A DNA stretch of 64,000 nucleotides from an uncultured cyanobacterium (GCA_963807635.1 CAWEDJ010000028.1:60823-124822); one strand, 5' to 3'. Numbered from the stretch's first letter, positions 41,725 to 51,768 are shown. Program-made: numbers and translations. The notes: a model not told the origin generated them from the sequence alone.

Positions 41725-42120
41725 TCAGAACACCTTCAGACGGCCGGTGAAGCTCATGTACAGCTCGTCCCGGTTCGCCAAGAACCCCTCGGCAGGCAGG
41801 CTGAAATCCGACAGGCTGATATGGTCGCACTCATGCCGCCATCCGATCTCAATACCGGCCAAGCGCGCCCCTACGGAAAACGTATAAATGCTCTGCATCG
41901 GGCCGAAGGTACCCTCGGCATTCGCTGGCGCCGTCTCCCAGGTCTGGACTGAGCCCGCGGCGAACAGGTGGTCCGCGAACAGGGCCTCCACCCCGAACGT
42001 CGTCTGGAAAGTCCCGGAGGGGGTGTCATAGGGCGTCACGTTTTGAGGCCCCATGTGGTATTCCGCCTGGTAACTCATTATCCCTAGTGACAGGAAATGG
42101 GTCAGAACGAGCCAGTTCAT
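41725..42120 (-). CDS. Hypothetical beta-strand-rich protein
   Basis: Good RBS (AAGGAG); amphipathic strands; C-terminal Phe. Confidence 0.55.
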   Translation of the reverse strand: MNWLVLTHFLSLGIMSYQAEYHMGPQNVTPYDTPSGTFQTTFGVEALFADHLFAAGSVQTWETAPANAEGTFGPMQSIYTFSVGARLAGIEIGWRHECDHISLSDFSLPAEGFLANRDELYMSFTGRLKVF

Positions 42121-42169
42121 AGCGCGGCTCCTTGCCAGCGCTCCTTATCTCCGACGATGATCAATCTGC

Positions 42170-42871
42170 TCATGCGAGTTTGACATAGTAGACGGCGTCT
42201 GTTTGGGTTGCGTGCAATTGCATGTTCGTTCCATCAGAAAAAACCACTTGTGGAGTATTGAGATTCCCCGGGAGGCTCCTCCAACCCCCATTTATGTAAA
42301 CTTGAATGACGGTGTAGGCGTTCGCGCTCCACAAGATATATAGACCGGCGGCTAGAGCCCAAGCAGCCCCGGGATTGATAGGACCGCCGCTTGAGAAAGT
42401 CCAGTTTATTTTCCCAGCGCTCACCGCATTCGCCGCGAGCTGTGCATTCGTGATCTGGATCGTCCCGTCCAGATACCGGATGAATGAATTGATCTGCTTG
42501 TCCTCATAGAGCCACTTGCTGACATAATTTCCGCCGCTATCCTTGTAGCAGCCGCCGATGGCCCGGTTGATGCCCGTGTAGAAGCCCTGCTTATTTTGGT
42601 CCCATGTGGGGGCGGTGATGGTCATGGCCGCCGTGAAGGAAGCACCAGAGACGGTGAGGAGGAAATAGACCTGCGAGCTGTTCGCGATCCCGCCGTCCAC
42701 GATCGTCTCGTCGGCTGTTATGTCGTAGAGCGCCCCGGCGATTTCAACCTTTCCGCCGGCGGCGATTGCGGGAGCCGAATTGTCGGCTGGATGGGTAAGG
42801 GAGCATGCCTGATAGCCCAAACGTTCTTTGTCTATGCATGATGCGGCAATGACAACCTGACTGTTCGCCAT
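42170..42871 (-). CDS. Putative phage tail/fibre protein
   Basis: GGAGG RBS; Gly/Ala/Thr-rich beta protein with an ITNAQLAANAVSAGKI fibre-like repeat. Confidence 0.45.
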   Translation of the reverse strand: MANSQVVIAASCIDKERLGYQACSLTHPADNSAPAIAAGGKVEIAGALYDITADETIVDGGIANSSQVYFLLTVSGASFTAAMTITAPTWDQNKQGFYTGINRAIGGCYKDSGGNYVSKWLYEDKQINSFIRYLDGTIQITNAQLAANAVSAGKINWTFSSGGPINPGAAWALAAGLYILWSANAYTVIQVYINGGWRSLPGNLNTPQVVFSDGTNMQLHATQTDAVYYVKLA

Positions 42872-42881
42872 AGTGCGCCTC

Positions 42882-43160
42882 CTACCACGCCAGCGACAGC
42901 GCGGCCGCCAAAATCTCCTGGCAGCCCTCCCGGACTTTCAGGATCCGCGCTTCCCCGTGCTGGTCCAAGTAGAAGAGCTCGAGCTCGTCCTTCGCACTCT
43001 TCATTGCGCGCGAGGGAATGCATATTCCCCCGCCGACAGAGAGCGCCCCGGTGACGATCGTCTCTTCGCCCAGCTTCAACTTGAACCTCTCGAATGCCTC
43101 GGCCTCAGTTGCCGGCCCTTCAGAGTGCCAGCTCTCACCTATTCCCATTGCCGTCGTCAT
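42882..43160 (-). CDS. Hypothetical protein
   Basis: GGGAGG RBS; 92 aa; co-oriented with the phage-like genes. Confidence 0.45.
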   Translation of the reverse strand: MTTAMGIGESWHSEGPATEAEAFERFKLKLGEETIVTGALSVGGGICIPSRAMKSAKDELELFYLDQHGEARILKVREGCQEILAAALSLAW

Positions 43161-43732
43161 GATCTGATCCCTCCCCTTTGATAAGACTTGAAAACTGATA
43201 CGGGCGGCTGGGCCCGGATCACTTCCCCAGAAATGCCCTCATGTTCTCGACCTGCTTCCGCAGTAGATCCTCCTGCCCGGTCGGCCCCGAGCGGATGCCT
43301 TCCTGCATCATTGCGAAGGTCCGCCTTTGGCCGTTGCGGTTGACCGCTGTGCGCCATTTTGTGTACGCCGCATCTTCCGCCGCCCTCGCGCGGGAAAGTG
43401 CATCCTCGGCAATGATGAGAAAAGATCTGCATGCTTGCTGAGTCGCAAGGTCCGGCGCCGTGGAATCGAGGCCGATGGCAGCGCTGTAAAACGTTCGACC
43501 GCCGGTCGGCCAGCGAGCGCTTCCTGAGAGCTAAGAGATCTGCCTCCGCACTCGCCCGGGCCGCCTTCGCAAGGTCGAGCGCGGCTTGAAGTAACGTCTC
43601 CTGGGCGATCTCGGGTGCCCGGAGCCTCTGCTCCTCTGCGGAGATCTCCGGCTTCGGAGTCGGAGCCAGATCCTTGAGCATAGCCGGGATGGTGAGAATG
43701 ACGGGCGCGGGTGCTTCTGAAACTTTCGTCAT
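43157..43732 (-). CDS. Hypothetical phage-like protein, probably frameshifted
   Basis: ATG at 43732 directly abuts the IS5 target duplication; helical N-terminus. Confidence 0.4.
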   Translation of the reverse strand: MTKVSEAPAPVILTIPAMLKDLAPTPKPEISAEEQRLRAPEIAQETLLQAALDLAKAARASAEADLLALRKRSLADRRSNVLQRCHRPRFHGAGPCDSASMQIFSHHCRGCTFPREGGGRCGVHKMAHSGQPQRPKADLRNDAGRHPLGADRAGGSTAEAGREHEGISGEVIRAQPPVSVFKSYQRGGIRS

Positions 43733-43734
43733 AG

Positions 43735-45000
43735 GGGAGCCTCTAAAAACTAGCAATTTTCATTGAGTGTCTCGGCATCCCATGCTAAAATCCCATCAGG
43801 TGTTAGGCGATGAATGAACAACGCGGTTTCTAGTGACGAGCAAGATCGTCTTGAGAAGTTGAGCAAACAAGGCGATCCGCTGGAAAAACTCGACGCAATG
43901 ATGGACTGGGAAATCTTTCGTCCGCTCTTGAAGCGATGCTTCAAAAAGGAACCCAAAGGACCGGGTGGCCGCCCTCCCTTCGATTACGTACTGATGTTCA
44001 AGATCTTGATTCTGCAACGTCTGTATAACCTGTCCGACGCCCAGATGCAGTTTCAGATTTTGGATCGCTTGAGCTTCCAGCGGTTCCTGGGCCAGGGATT
44101 GTACGCGACGGTGCCGGATGAGAAGACCATCTGGCTTTTCCGTGAAGTTCTGAGCAAGCGCGGGATGATCGAAAAGCTTTTCTCCCTCTACAGTGCGCAT
44201 TTGGAGAAGCTGGGGCTGATCGAAAATAACGGCAGCATCATTGATGCCTAGTTTTGTGGAAGTCCCCAGGCAGAGGAACAGTCGGGAAGAGAATCAAACG
44301 ATCAAAGCGGGAAAGATCCCTGAGGATTGGAAAGAGGATCCTGCGAAACTGAGGCAGAAAGATGCAGAGGCACGTTGGACGAAAAAGAACGAGCAGACCT
44401 ACTACGGTACAAGGATCACGTGAAAGTGGATACGCAGAGCAAATTGATCACGACCTATGAGATCACCGATGCCAGCGTCCATGATTCACAAGTGCTGCCG
44501 TCGTTGATCGAGGGAACCGATGCGGATACGCAGCTGCATGCTGACAGTGCCTACCGCTCAACGCAGATCGAGGAAACCCTCCAGAAGCGAGGAGTGCGAA
44601 GCAAGATCCATGAGAAGGGGAATCGCAATCAACCGTTGACGAAAGCTCAGATGAGGAGTAATCGGGCGAAGTCGCGCATACGTGCCCGCGTTGAGCACGT
44701 CTTCGCGCACATCACGAATTGCATGAATGGCTTTCGTATCCGCTCGATAGGGATCAGGCGAGCGCGCTCGAGCATCGGACTGATCAATTTGACCTACAAT
44801 ATCGTACGCTCGGTTTATCTTCAGGGTGCGTAATCTGCCCTAACGGCATCTGGAGAGCCAAAAGGGCAAGGGAATAGGGTTCTGGAGCCTGGGAAACGGA
44901 GCCAGAAACCGTTGGAAATCTGGAAATCAAGCAAAGACCACAGCTTCAGCGACCAGCCAGGAAGAAAAAATGCAAAAACAGCAAGTTTTTCGAGGTTCCC
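43735..45000 (+). mobile_element. IS5 family element
   Basis: IRs GGGAGCCTCTAAAAACTAGC / GGGAACCTCGAAAAACTTGC; ATAG duplicated at 43731-34 and 45001-04. Confidence 0.9.
43814..44833 (+). CDS. IS5 transposase with two apparent frameshifts
   Basis: GGRPPFD, VPDEKTIWLFRE, IIDA, ASVHDS, HADSAY and RARVEHVF motifs. Confidence 0.9.
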
Positions 45001-45067
45001 ATAGATATATCCCTTTTTCCGCAGGTCACGAATCGAATATCTCCCCCCATTTCGCGGTGTAAGCGGT

Positions 45068-45445
45068 TCACCCTGAGTTTTTCATCTGGTGAAGGCGTAC
45101 TCTGATAACAGCCTTCAGTGCTTTCTGCGAGAGCATGTTCAGTGCGCGTAGAATGCCATCTACTTCCTTTCGGTTCTTCACCCATTCCTGGAGGATTTCC
45201 GATTCAGGCGGGTGAAGGAGTCTGGCGACGGATTTCCCCTTTTGCTTGCTGGTCCAATAGAGGTATGGGCCATGCCGCGCCTGAGGGTCTGTGGCACATT
45301 CGCAATCCGCTCTGCCACAGGTCAGCCATCGTTCACTGATACTCCCGTTCCATATGAAGCCGATCTCGGCGAGTCGAGCAGCCACGCTATGAAACTGAGA
45401 ACGGAAACGTTGCAGAGTTTGCAGGTCGGAAGTCAGCCGACCCAC
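45068..45445 (-). CDS. DUF6788-like Cys/His zinc-binding protein inside IS1634
   Basis: CGRADCEC...HGPYLYW motif; GTG start after AAGGAG. Confidence 0.7.
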   Translation of the reverse strand: MGRLTSDLQTLQRFRSQFHSVAARLAEIGFIWNGSISERWLTCGRADCECATDPQARHGPYLYWTSKQKGKSVARLLHPPESEILQEWVKNRKEVDGILRALNMLSQKALKAVIRVRLHQMKNSG

Positions 45446-45454
45446 ACGTACTCC

Positions 45455-45506
45455 TTGACACCATGCATAATTACTGTAATATACAGTAAACAACAGGAGG
45501 TGTCAA
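45455..45506. promoter_or_regulatory. Overlapping bidirectional sigma70 promoters with a central palindrome
   Basis: TTGACA on + (45455) and on - (45506); shared -10 region within TTACTGTA-ATA-TACAGTAA. Confidence 0.65.
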
Positions 45507-45510
45507 CCCC

Positions 45511-47208
45511 ATGAAGCGCAACCGTCCCTTCAGTCTCGATTCCAAGTCCATGGCCGCCCTCCCCATAGTCAACCGCTTCCTCGCGCGTTTGCACCTCCCC
45601 GACATCTTCGCCAACTACCTTCCCCCGCCCGATCCTCGCACCCACCTCGACCCCGTCGCCACTCTCGGTGCCTTCCTTCGCTGCCTCATCATCGCCCGTA
45701 CCCCCTTGTATTCCGTCATCGAATGGGCACAGCCTTTCCATCCTATGCTTCTCGGCTGCCGCCCCGAGCAGCTCAACGATGACCGCATCGGTCGATGCCT
45801 CGACCGACTATTCGACACCGACCGCTGCGCTCTGTTGACCGCATTCATCCTGCACATGATCAAGGAGTTCGCCATTTCCCCGCAGGAACTGCACAACGAC
45901 TCCACCTCCATCACCTTGAGCGGATGGTACGGGCAAGCCGACGGACGACCGATGCGTGGCAAGCGGACTCTCCGAGTCATCTACGGGCATAATAAGGACC
46001 ATAGATTCGACTTGAAGCAGCTTGTGTGGATCCTCACCGTCACCGAGGAAGGGGTCCCCGTGCACTTCAAAGTCGCCGACGGCAACACCGAAGACTCCCG
46101 CACCCACTGGGAGACATGGCAGGCGCTGTGCCTGCTGGTTGGCAACAGCCGTTTCCTCTATGTGGCGGACTGCAAGCTATGCACCCGCATGACCCTTCGG
46201 GCCATCGATCAGAAAGGAGGACGGTTCATCACGATCCTGCCTCAGACCCGCAGGGAAGACAGCCGGTTCAGGAGCTGGTTGCGCACTCATACGCCACAGT
46301 GGCGCGAGGTGGCGCAGTATCCGGGGCGGCTAAAAGAGGATCCGCCTGACGTTATTCGCGCAGTCGATTCTCCCTTGCCTGATCCCGACGGCTTCCGCCT
46401 GATCTGGTTTCACAGCTCAGCGAAGCTGGAGAGGGACGGGGAAGAGCGGCAGCAGAGGATCGCCCGGGCACAAGGAGAGTTGGACCAGCTAAAGGCCAAG
46501 GTGGAGGCCCCACGCAGCCGATTGAAGACACGGGAGGGGATCGCGGCAAAGGCGGACAGGATCCTTGCCAGCCGGGGGGTTCAACGGTGGCTGCGCTACA
46601 CGATCGAGGAGTGGCGGGATGAGAAGTTTCGCCAGGAAAAGCGAGGGCGGGCCGGAGCGCGGACCCGGTGGCGTCGTTCAGTGCGTATACGCTTTCGGCT
46701 GAGCTTCTCGAATGTTGCGGCGACGATCGCAGAGGATGCGCGATCTGACGGGGTGTTTCCCTTGCTGAGCAACTGCCGCGATCTGTCGGAGACTCAGATC
46801 CTGGAAGCGTACAAGAGGAAACATCCTCTCATCGAGAAACGCCACGCGATGTTGAAGAGCGTGTTGGGGACGACGCCAGTGTTCTTGAAGAACATCGGGC
46901 GCGTGGAAGCGTTCCTCTTCATGGAGTTCCTGGCCATGACGGTGCATGCTTTGGTAGAGCATGAATTACGGCGGGCTATGGAACGGGAAGGCACCGAGAA
47001 GTTGTTTCTGTATCCGGAAGACAGGGACTGCAAGGCACCTACGGCGGCTCGGGTCTTCGAGGTCTTCGGGAGCGTGCAGCGGCACATCCTCCGTCAAGAA
47101 GACGGAGAGGTGATTCAGAAGTTCATGCCCGAGCTATCTGAGGCGCAAGAGCAGGTGCTGGATTTGCTTGGTATTTCTGTCAGTCAGTTTATGACGGGCA
47201 TGGGTTGA
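45511..47208 (+). CDS. IS1634 family transposase
   Basis: LNDDRIGRCLD, HNDSTS, GHNKDHRFDLKQ, YVADCKL and IEKRH motifs. Confidence 0.9.
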   Translation: MKRNRPFSLDSKSMAALPIVNRFLARLHLPDIFANYLPPPDPRTHLDPVATLGAFLRCLIIARTPLYSVIEWAQPFHPMLLGCRPEQLNDDRIGRCLDRLFDTDRCALLTAFILHMIKEFAISPQELHNDSTSITLSGWYGQADGRPMRGKRTLRVIYGHNKDHRFDLKQLVWILTVTEEGVPVHFKVADGNTEDSRTHWETWQALCLLVGNSRFLYVADCKLCTRMTLRAIDQKGGRFITILPQTRREDSRFRSWLRTHTPQWREVAQYPGRLKEDPPDVIRAVDSPLPDPDGFRLIWFHSSAKLERDGEERQQRIARAQGELDQLKAKVEAPRSRLKTREGIAAKADRILASRGVQRWLRYTIEEWRDEKFRQEKRGRAGARTRWRRSVRIRFRLSFSNVAATIAEDARSDGVFPLLSNCRDLSETQILEAYKRKHPLIEKRHAMLKSVLGTTPVFLKNIGRVEAFLFMEFLAMTVHALVEHELRRAMEREGTEKLFLYPEDRDCKAPTAARVFEVFGSVQRHILRQEDGEVIQKFMPELSEAQEQVLDLLGISVSQFMTGMG

Positions 47209-47267
47209 ACCGAAGCGAAGGGTCCAGGGTGGGGGGAGAAATCCAACCCTGACCTGCGGAAAAAAGG

Positions 47268-47790
47268 CGACATCGCTCAGTCGTAAGCCAATCAGTTCGG
47301 AAACTCGAAGGCCCGTCTGTACCGCAAGCAGAAGGAGCGTGTGGTCACGACATCCTGCCCAACTACCCTGATCGGGGACCGCAAGGAGGGCATCGATTTC
47401 TTCTTGAGTCAGAAATTCGATAGGCTTGCGCTTAAAGCGTTTGTTGGGAATGGCCAGAACGCGTTGAGCGAGGGCGATACACCGTGGCTCTTCAAGAGCG
47501 GCAAACTTGAAGAAGGAATGTATTGCGGCAAGGCGCACATTACGGGTACGGGCGGTATTTGCGCGTTCTTTCTCCAGATGATCGAGAAAGCGTCCAATAA
47601 AAGAAGGAGTCAAATCCTCGATTGTCAGCTGAGAGGGACCTTTTTTCAGACACTTGTGGGCGAAACCGAGAAGCAATCGAAAGGTATCGCGGTGGCTCGC
47701 GATAGTATTCGGGCTTGCTTGTCGCTGCCTTGTGAGACGATCGGTAAAGTAGGCTTCCACCAACGTCGGGAAGGTTGCCTTGTTGGTCAT
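47268..47790 (-). pseudogene. RIT recombinase C, 3'-truncated
   Basis: MTNKATFPTLVEAYFTDRL...ASPNTIAS...QTGLRVSEL, then cut by the IS1634 IR. Confidence 0.85.
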
Positions 47791-48722
47791 GGTAGGGGCC
47801 TCCTTTGAGATTTCTCTAATCGCAGGGTTGCCAAACGTAACAGCTGGGGCGTTGCCGAGATGTACCAGTAAGTGTCGGCGACATGTCCGTGACCCAAATA
47901 CGTGGTGAGAATGGGCATGCGCCGTTCGACGTCGACGCCGCTGCGGTACCACTTCACCAGCGTCTTAATGACAAATCCGTGGCGAAGATCATGAAGACGA
48001 GGGCCGTGGCTGTCGGTCGCACCTCGGAGGCCGATCTGGCGTGAGAGTATGACAAACCACCGACGCACGGTAAAATCGGTCAACCGAGTACCGTGGTCAG
48101 ACACAAAGAAGTTTGGACTCATCGGGTTCGGTACTAGCCGATCCCGCAGCCGAGCGTATTCACGGAGGTTTCTAACCGTGGATGCGTGCAGGGGAACAAG
48201 TCGCGACTTTCCAAACTTCGCCTGACGAATGGTCAGCACGCCCTGTTGCAGATCGACGTCGGAACGATAAAGGCCGATTGGCTCGCTGATCCTCATGCCC
48301 GTGGCTGCCAGAAGCCCAAACAGAGTTGAATAGGTATGAGCGCGTAGTCCTCTCGGGGGGCCGAGCCTTTTCGCTGCACTGATCAGCGTGAGAATCTCTT
48401 TGTCCGTATAGAAATACGGGGGTTTACGCTGATAGCGATAGGGGAGAAGGTCCTGCGGTGGTATTTCTGTTCGTGGGTCCGAAGCACTCAGGTACTCGGC
48501 AAAGCGGCGTACCATTCCCAACCGTTCCGCCCACGTGGAGCGCAGCGCGTTTGGCGGTTGTGTGGCCCACTTCAAGGCCAGTTTTCTACTGACAAAGGAC
48601 GCACCTTCGTGGTCTGCAAACGCTACGAATTGACGAAGAAGGCCAGCAGCTTCGCGAAGTTTGAACCCAAGTGCCCGACGGATCTCAAGATACTCTTCCA
48701 GCGCCTTGCGGAGTTTTTTCAT
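47787..48722 (-). CDS. RIT recombinase B (tyrosine recombinase)
   Basis: TGMRISE, KFGKSRLVP, HDLRH and YLGH...TYWY motifs. Confidence 0.9.
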   Translation of the reverse strand: MKKLRKALEEYLEIRRALGFKLREAAGLLRQFVAFADHEGASFVSRKLALKWATQPPNALRSTWAERLGMVRRFAEYLSASDPRTEIPPQDLLPYRYQRKPPYFYTDKEILTLISAAKRLGPPRGLRAHTYSTLFGLLAATGMRISEPIGLYRSDVDLQQGVLTIRQAKFGKSRLVPLHASTVRNLREYARLRDRLVPNPMSPNFFVSDHGTRLTDFTVRRWFVILSRQIGLRGATDSHGPRLHDLRHGFVIKTLVKWYRSGVDVERRMPILTTYLGHGHVADTYWYISATPQLLRLATLRLEKSQRRPLP

Positions 48723-49966
48723 CACGACGCCTCCCCGGGCCACGGCTGGGCAACCGATCGCAGAGCAGCCAGATCGACCTTCGCATAGATTTCAGTGGTA
48801 TCTGGCTGCTGGTGCCGTAAGATCTCGCCGATCTCAGCGAGAGAAGCGCCGCCATGCAACATATTGGTGGCAAGGCTATGACGGAGCAAGCTTGCTCCCT
48901 TGAAGCTTAGATTGAGTCCGACACGCGACAACCCCCGTCGAACGACATCGCAAACGGCGGCCGAGCCGTAAAAGCCCTGTCGTGGAGCCTTCATTTTTAT
49001 GAAAACCTTGCGTGAGGAGCATCGAGGACGTGAATGACAGAGATAGACTGCAAGCGCCTCGCCAACCTCGTGAGCCATCGGAAGTCGCTCTTCTCGACTG
49101 CTTTTGCCTCGCACCACGATCTCGCCGGCTTCCCAGCGGATGTCGTCCAAGCTCAGATGCACGATTTCTCCAGCGCGCAGGCCCAAGCGCGCCAGAAGCA
49201 GCAAGATCGCGTAGTCGCGTTTTCCGATCGCTGTGCTTTGATCGCAGCTGCGCAAGAGCCGTTCAACCTCTTCGGGCTGCAGAAACTTTGGGAGTTGGGT
49301 GAAACGCCGCCTTGATACGGTAGGAACGGCCGAGGCAAGGTTTGTTCTGATGTGGCCCCGTTGATAGAGAAAACGCAGAAAGCTGCGAAGCCCAGCTACC
49401 AGATTATGATTATGCGTTGCACTGTTGTGGCTCGCGGCACGCAAGGTGTGCAGAACAAAATCTGTGATTTCGTCGGGACGAAGTGAGCGTAAGAGGAGTT
49501 TCCCATCGCTGAACCGTTCGGCGAGAAACCCATGGCAAATTGAAAGGTAGTCGGCTACCGTGACTGGGCTGAGCCCCTGTTCCTGTGAGAGGTATTGCGC
49601 AAACAGGGTTTCAATCCTTTGAATCGGTGAAACTTCGGTCTTGGAAACCAAGGCAGGGACGATACCTGCATTTCTCAGAAAGTCGAGAAACTGCCTTACG
49701 GTTGCGTTATCCGCGTTTCCAAGTCGGTGTTTCTTTTTTCGATGGCTCAGGAATTCGATCCTGAGCTCATATAGATTTTGAATTGCTAACGATCGTCTCT
49801 CGAGCCACCGGCTCAGCTCGCAGAGAAGGATCAGCTTCGCTCTTACCGTTGTTCGAGTGTACCCTTGTTCGAAGAGCGCTTTTGCAAAACCATCAAGGTG
49901 GACGCACAAGGGGCCACGACACACATGTCGTAGAACCGCTGGACCCGAATCACGCCGCTCGCTCAT
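48722..49966 (-). CDS. RIT recombinase A (tyrosine recombinase)
   Basis: LGLRAGE, LLRHSLAT and LRH...TTEIYAKVD motifs; ATG 49966 after AAAGGAG. Confidence 0.9.
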   Translation of the reverse strand: MSERRDSGPAVLRHVCRGPLCVHLDGFAKALFEQGYTRTTVRAKLILLCELSRWLERRSLAIQNLYELRIEFLSHRKKKHRLGNADNATVRQFLDFLRNAGIVPALVSKTEVSPIQRIETLFAQYLSQEQGLSPVTVADYLSICHGFLAERFSDGKLLLRSLRPDEITDFVLHTLRAASHNSATHNHNLVAGLRSFLRFLYQRGHIRTNLASAVPTVSRRRFTQLPKFLQPEEVERLLRSCDQSTAIGKRDYAILLLLARLGLRAGEIVHLSLDDIRWEAGEIVVRGKSSREERLPMAHEVGEALAVYLCHSRPRCSSRKVFIKMKAPRQGFYGSAAVCDVVRRGLSRVGLNLSFKGASLLRHSLATNMLHGGASLAEIGEILRHQQPDTTEIYAKVDLAALRSVAQPWPGEAS

Positions 49967-50367
49967 GTCTACCGTCTCCTTTCGGCCCTCATATGGCCAC
50001 AAAAAAGAGAGGCGGATTATGCCGAGTGCTTAAGTGTCATAAACAGGGCATTCAGCGGGGTATCTGTAGCTTAGCAATAGAATTACGCTGTGTGACGAAC
50101 GGACTCGGCTTCTTTACTCGGCATAATCAGGTTCTCCGCATGCTGGCGCAGGTCGTGGACGCTGCAAGCGCGCGCGGGCCTCTGGCCTCGACGGGCTGCA
50201 GTTCCCTTCGATTTCTCTACGCGAATAATTGTCCCTGGTCTGTCCATGAAACACTGACGAGCTTCGCTTATAGCGAGCCTCTACGAGGCTTTTGGGGGCC
50301 CTGCCGTATGAATGGATGCCCTTACCCCGCATCGTCTCACGGCGCCCCACAGCGCGCCGGCAGAGCG

Positions 50368-51264
50368 CTACCGGTCTGTGCTGTCCTGACCTTCTGCCTC
50401 GCGAGCTGGAAGATCGCCCCACAGGTCGGCAACGTCCTGCCAGCTCGGTGCATCCTGCACGTACATGTCAAGGGTGATCGCCGTCGAGCTGTGCCCGAGC
50501 TGCGCCGCCATCTTCTTGGCCGACCAGCCCGCCTTGATCGCCGCCGTTGCGAAGGCGTGCCGAAGGCTGTGCGCCGAGATGTGCTTGCCGAGAATCCGAC
50601 GGCCGGCCCTGGTGATCTCGCGGGAAACCGACTCCCGCCCGAGTGGCTTCCCCCCAGAGGTCTCGAAGAGGTAACTGCTGCCTTGGTAGGTCTTCCTCAC
50701 TCGTTCGATGAGGTCCTGAGAAACCTTGACCGCCCGCTGTTTCTGTCCCTTTCCAAGCACCCGCACCAAATAGTAGCTGTCGGCCGCCTTCACGTCCTCA
50801 AGGCGAATCCCGATGAGTTCGGAGATGCGCAGCCCTGTGGTGGCGAGAAACTCCACAACCAGGCGCAGCTTGGACCCGCGAATGCCCTTGATGAGGGTTT
50901 TGATCTCGCCCTTTGTCGGCACCGAGTCGCGGTCGATCCTGCTGGATGCGATTTTCTGCCCTTTGATCTCCTTCAACACTTCCTCGAATCGTACCCGTTT
51001 TCCCAGGTCGAGGCCCTCGGGGCTACGGTCGAAGAGCTGTCGGATTCGCTTCTTCGCCCCTGCCAGGCGTTTGTTGAACGTCTGCGCGCTCACCCCTCGC
51101 GCTCTCATGTCCTCAAGGTATGCCTTCAGGCCCCCAAGGGTGAGGTCGAGTCCGTGCTCGTCAAGGAAAGCCACGAAGTCCCTCGCGTCCTGGGAGTAGC
51201 TGTCCTTCACGCGGAGCACGAAAGCCTTCTTGGAGTCTCTGTCCTGCCTCAGTAGTGCTGTCAT
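50368..51264 (-). CDS. Stand-alone Xer-like tyrosine recombinase
   Basis: TGLRISE, GKGQKQR, HSLRHAF and LGHSS...DMY catalytic residues intact. Confidence 0.9.
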   Translation of the reverse strand: MTALLRQDRDSKKAFVLRVKDSYSQDARDFVAFLDEHGLDLTLGGLKAYLEDMRARGVSAQTFNKRLAGAKKRIRQLFDRSPEGLDLGKRVRFEEVLKEIKGQKIASSRIDRDSVPTKGEIKTLIKGIRGSKLRLVVEFLATTGLRISELIGIRLEDVKAADSYYLVRVLGKGQKQRAVKVSQDLIERVRKTYQGSSYLFETSGGKPLGRESVSREITRAGRRILGKHISAHSLRHAFATAAIKAGWSAKKMAAQLGHSSTAITLDMYVQDAPSWQDVADLWGDLPAREAEGQDSTDR

Positions 51265-51279
51265 TGTCGGTCCACCTAT

Positions 51280-51307
51280 TTGATACATAATGATGATTAT
51301 GTATCAT
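51280..51307. other. dif-like 11-6-11 recombination/operator site
   Basis: TTGATACATAA-TGATGA-TTATGTATCAT, with arms 10/11 symmetric, immediately upstream of the recombinase. Confidence 0.7.
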
Positions 51308-51541
51308 AAATAGAGGGTGATGTCAAGAGGTATTTTTCGCTGGTCCTGTTCGAAGCGAGCCGATCAAGGCGGCCCTGGAAGCCGAGCTTACCCCGATGAA
51401 TGATCCACGCGAGGGGCAAGGGAAGAGGAAGAAGATTCGGGCCGAAAAGAAACCCACCCAATGCTGCGAAAGATATGGAGGAGTGTGGGTAGCGAGCAGC
51501 GGACAAGACAGCGTGTCAGATTACCCCGATGCTTTGCTCCT

Positions 51542-51768
51542 TCAGGGCTCGTGACCGTAGCAATTGCAACTTCACGGGGAAGCATCCCAGCTGCGAAGGG
51601 CGAGCCGCCTACCACTGAGATCGCCCCGCTACTCGGGTTCATCGCGTACGCAGATACGTTGTTGCCGACCGTGTTTGTAACGTAGACGAAGTACCGCGTT
51701 GTCTGTGCGTACGTTGAAGCCGCCATGAGGACCGCAAGAACTACGGCAACAACTATTTGCTTTTTCAC
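51542..51768 (-). pseudogene. Single-blade derivative of the neighbouring beta-propeller gene
   Basis: Same leader and first blade (AQTTRYFVYVTNTV) fused directly to the last strand (GSPFAAG...VAIATVTSP). Confidence 0.65.

Larger units (their letters stand above)
45011..47267 (+). mobile_element. IS1634 family element with a divergent passenger gene
   Basis: 18-bp IR CCCTTTTTCCGCAGGTCA / CCTTTTTTCCGCAGGTCA; no target duplication. Confidence 0.85.
47268..50142 (-). mobile_element. RIT (recombinase-in-trio) element, truncated by IS1634
   Basis: Three overlapping tyrosine recombinase genes; upstream IR GATTATGCCGAGT (50015-27) / ACTCGGCATAATC (50116-28); outer end approximate. Confidence 0.85.

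Noticed and set aside
45473..45487. LexA SOS box
   Set aside because: CTGT-N5-ACAG spacing does not fit the CTGT-N8-ACAG consensus
49783..51255. 490-aa plus-strand ORF and the many other long antisense ORFs in GC-rich regions
   Set aside because: Shadow ORFs opposite well-supported genes, with no recognisable motifs
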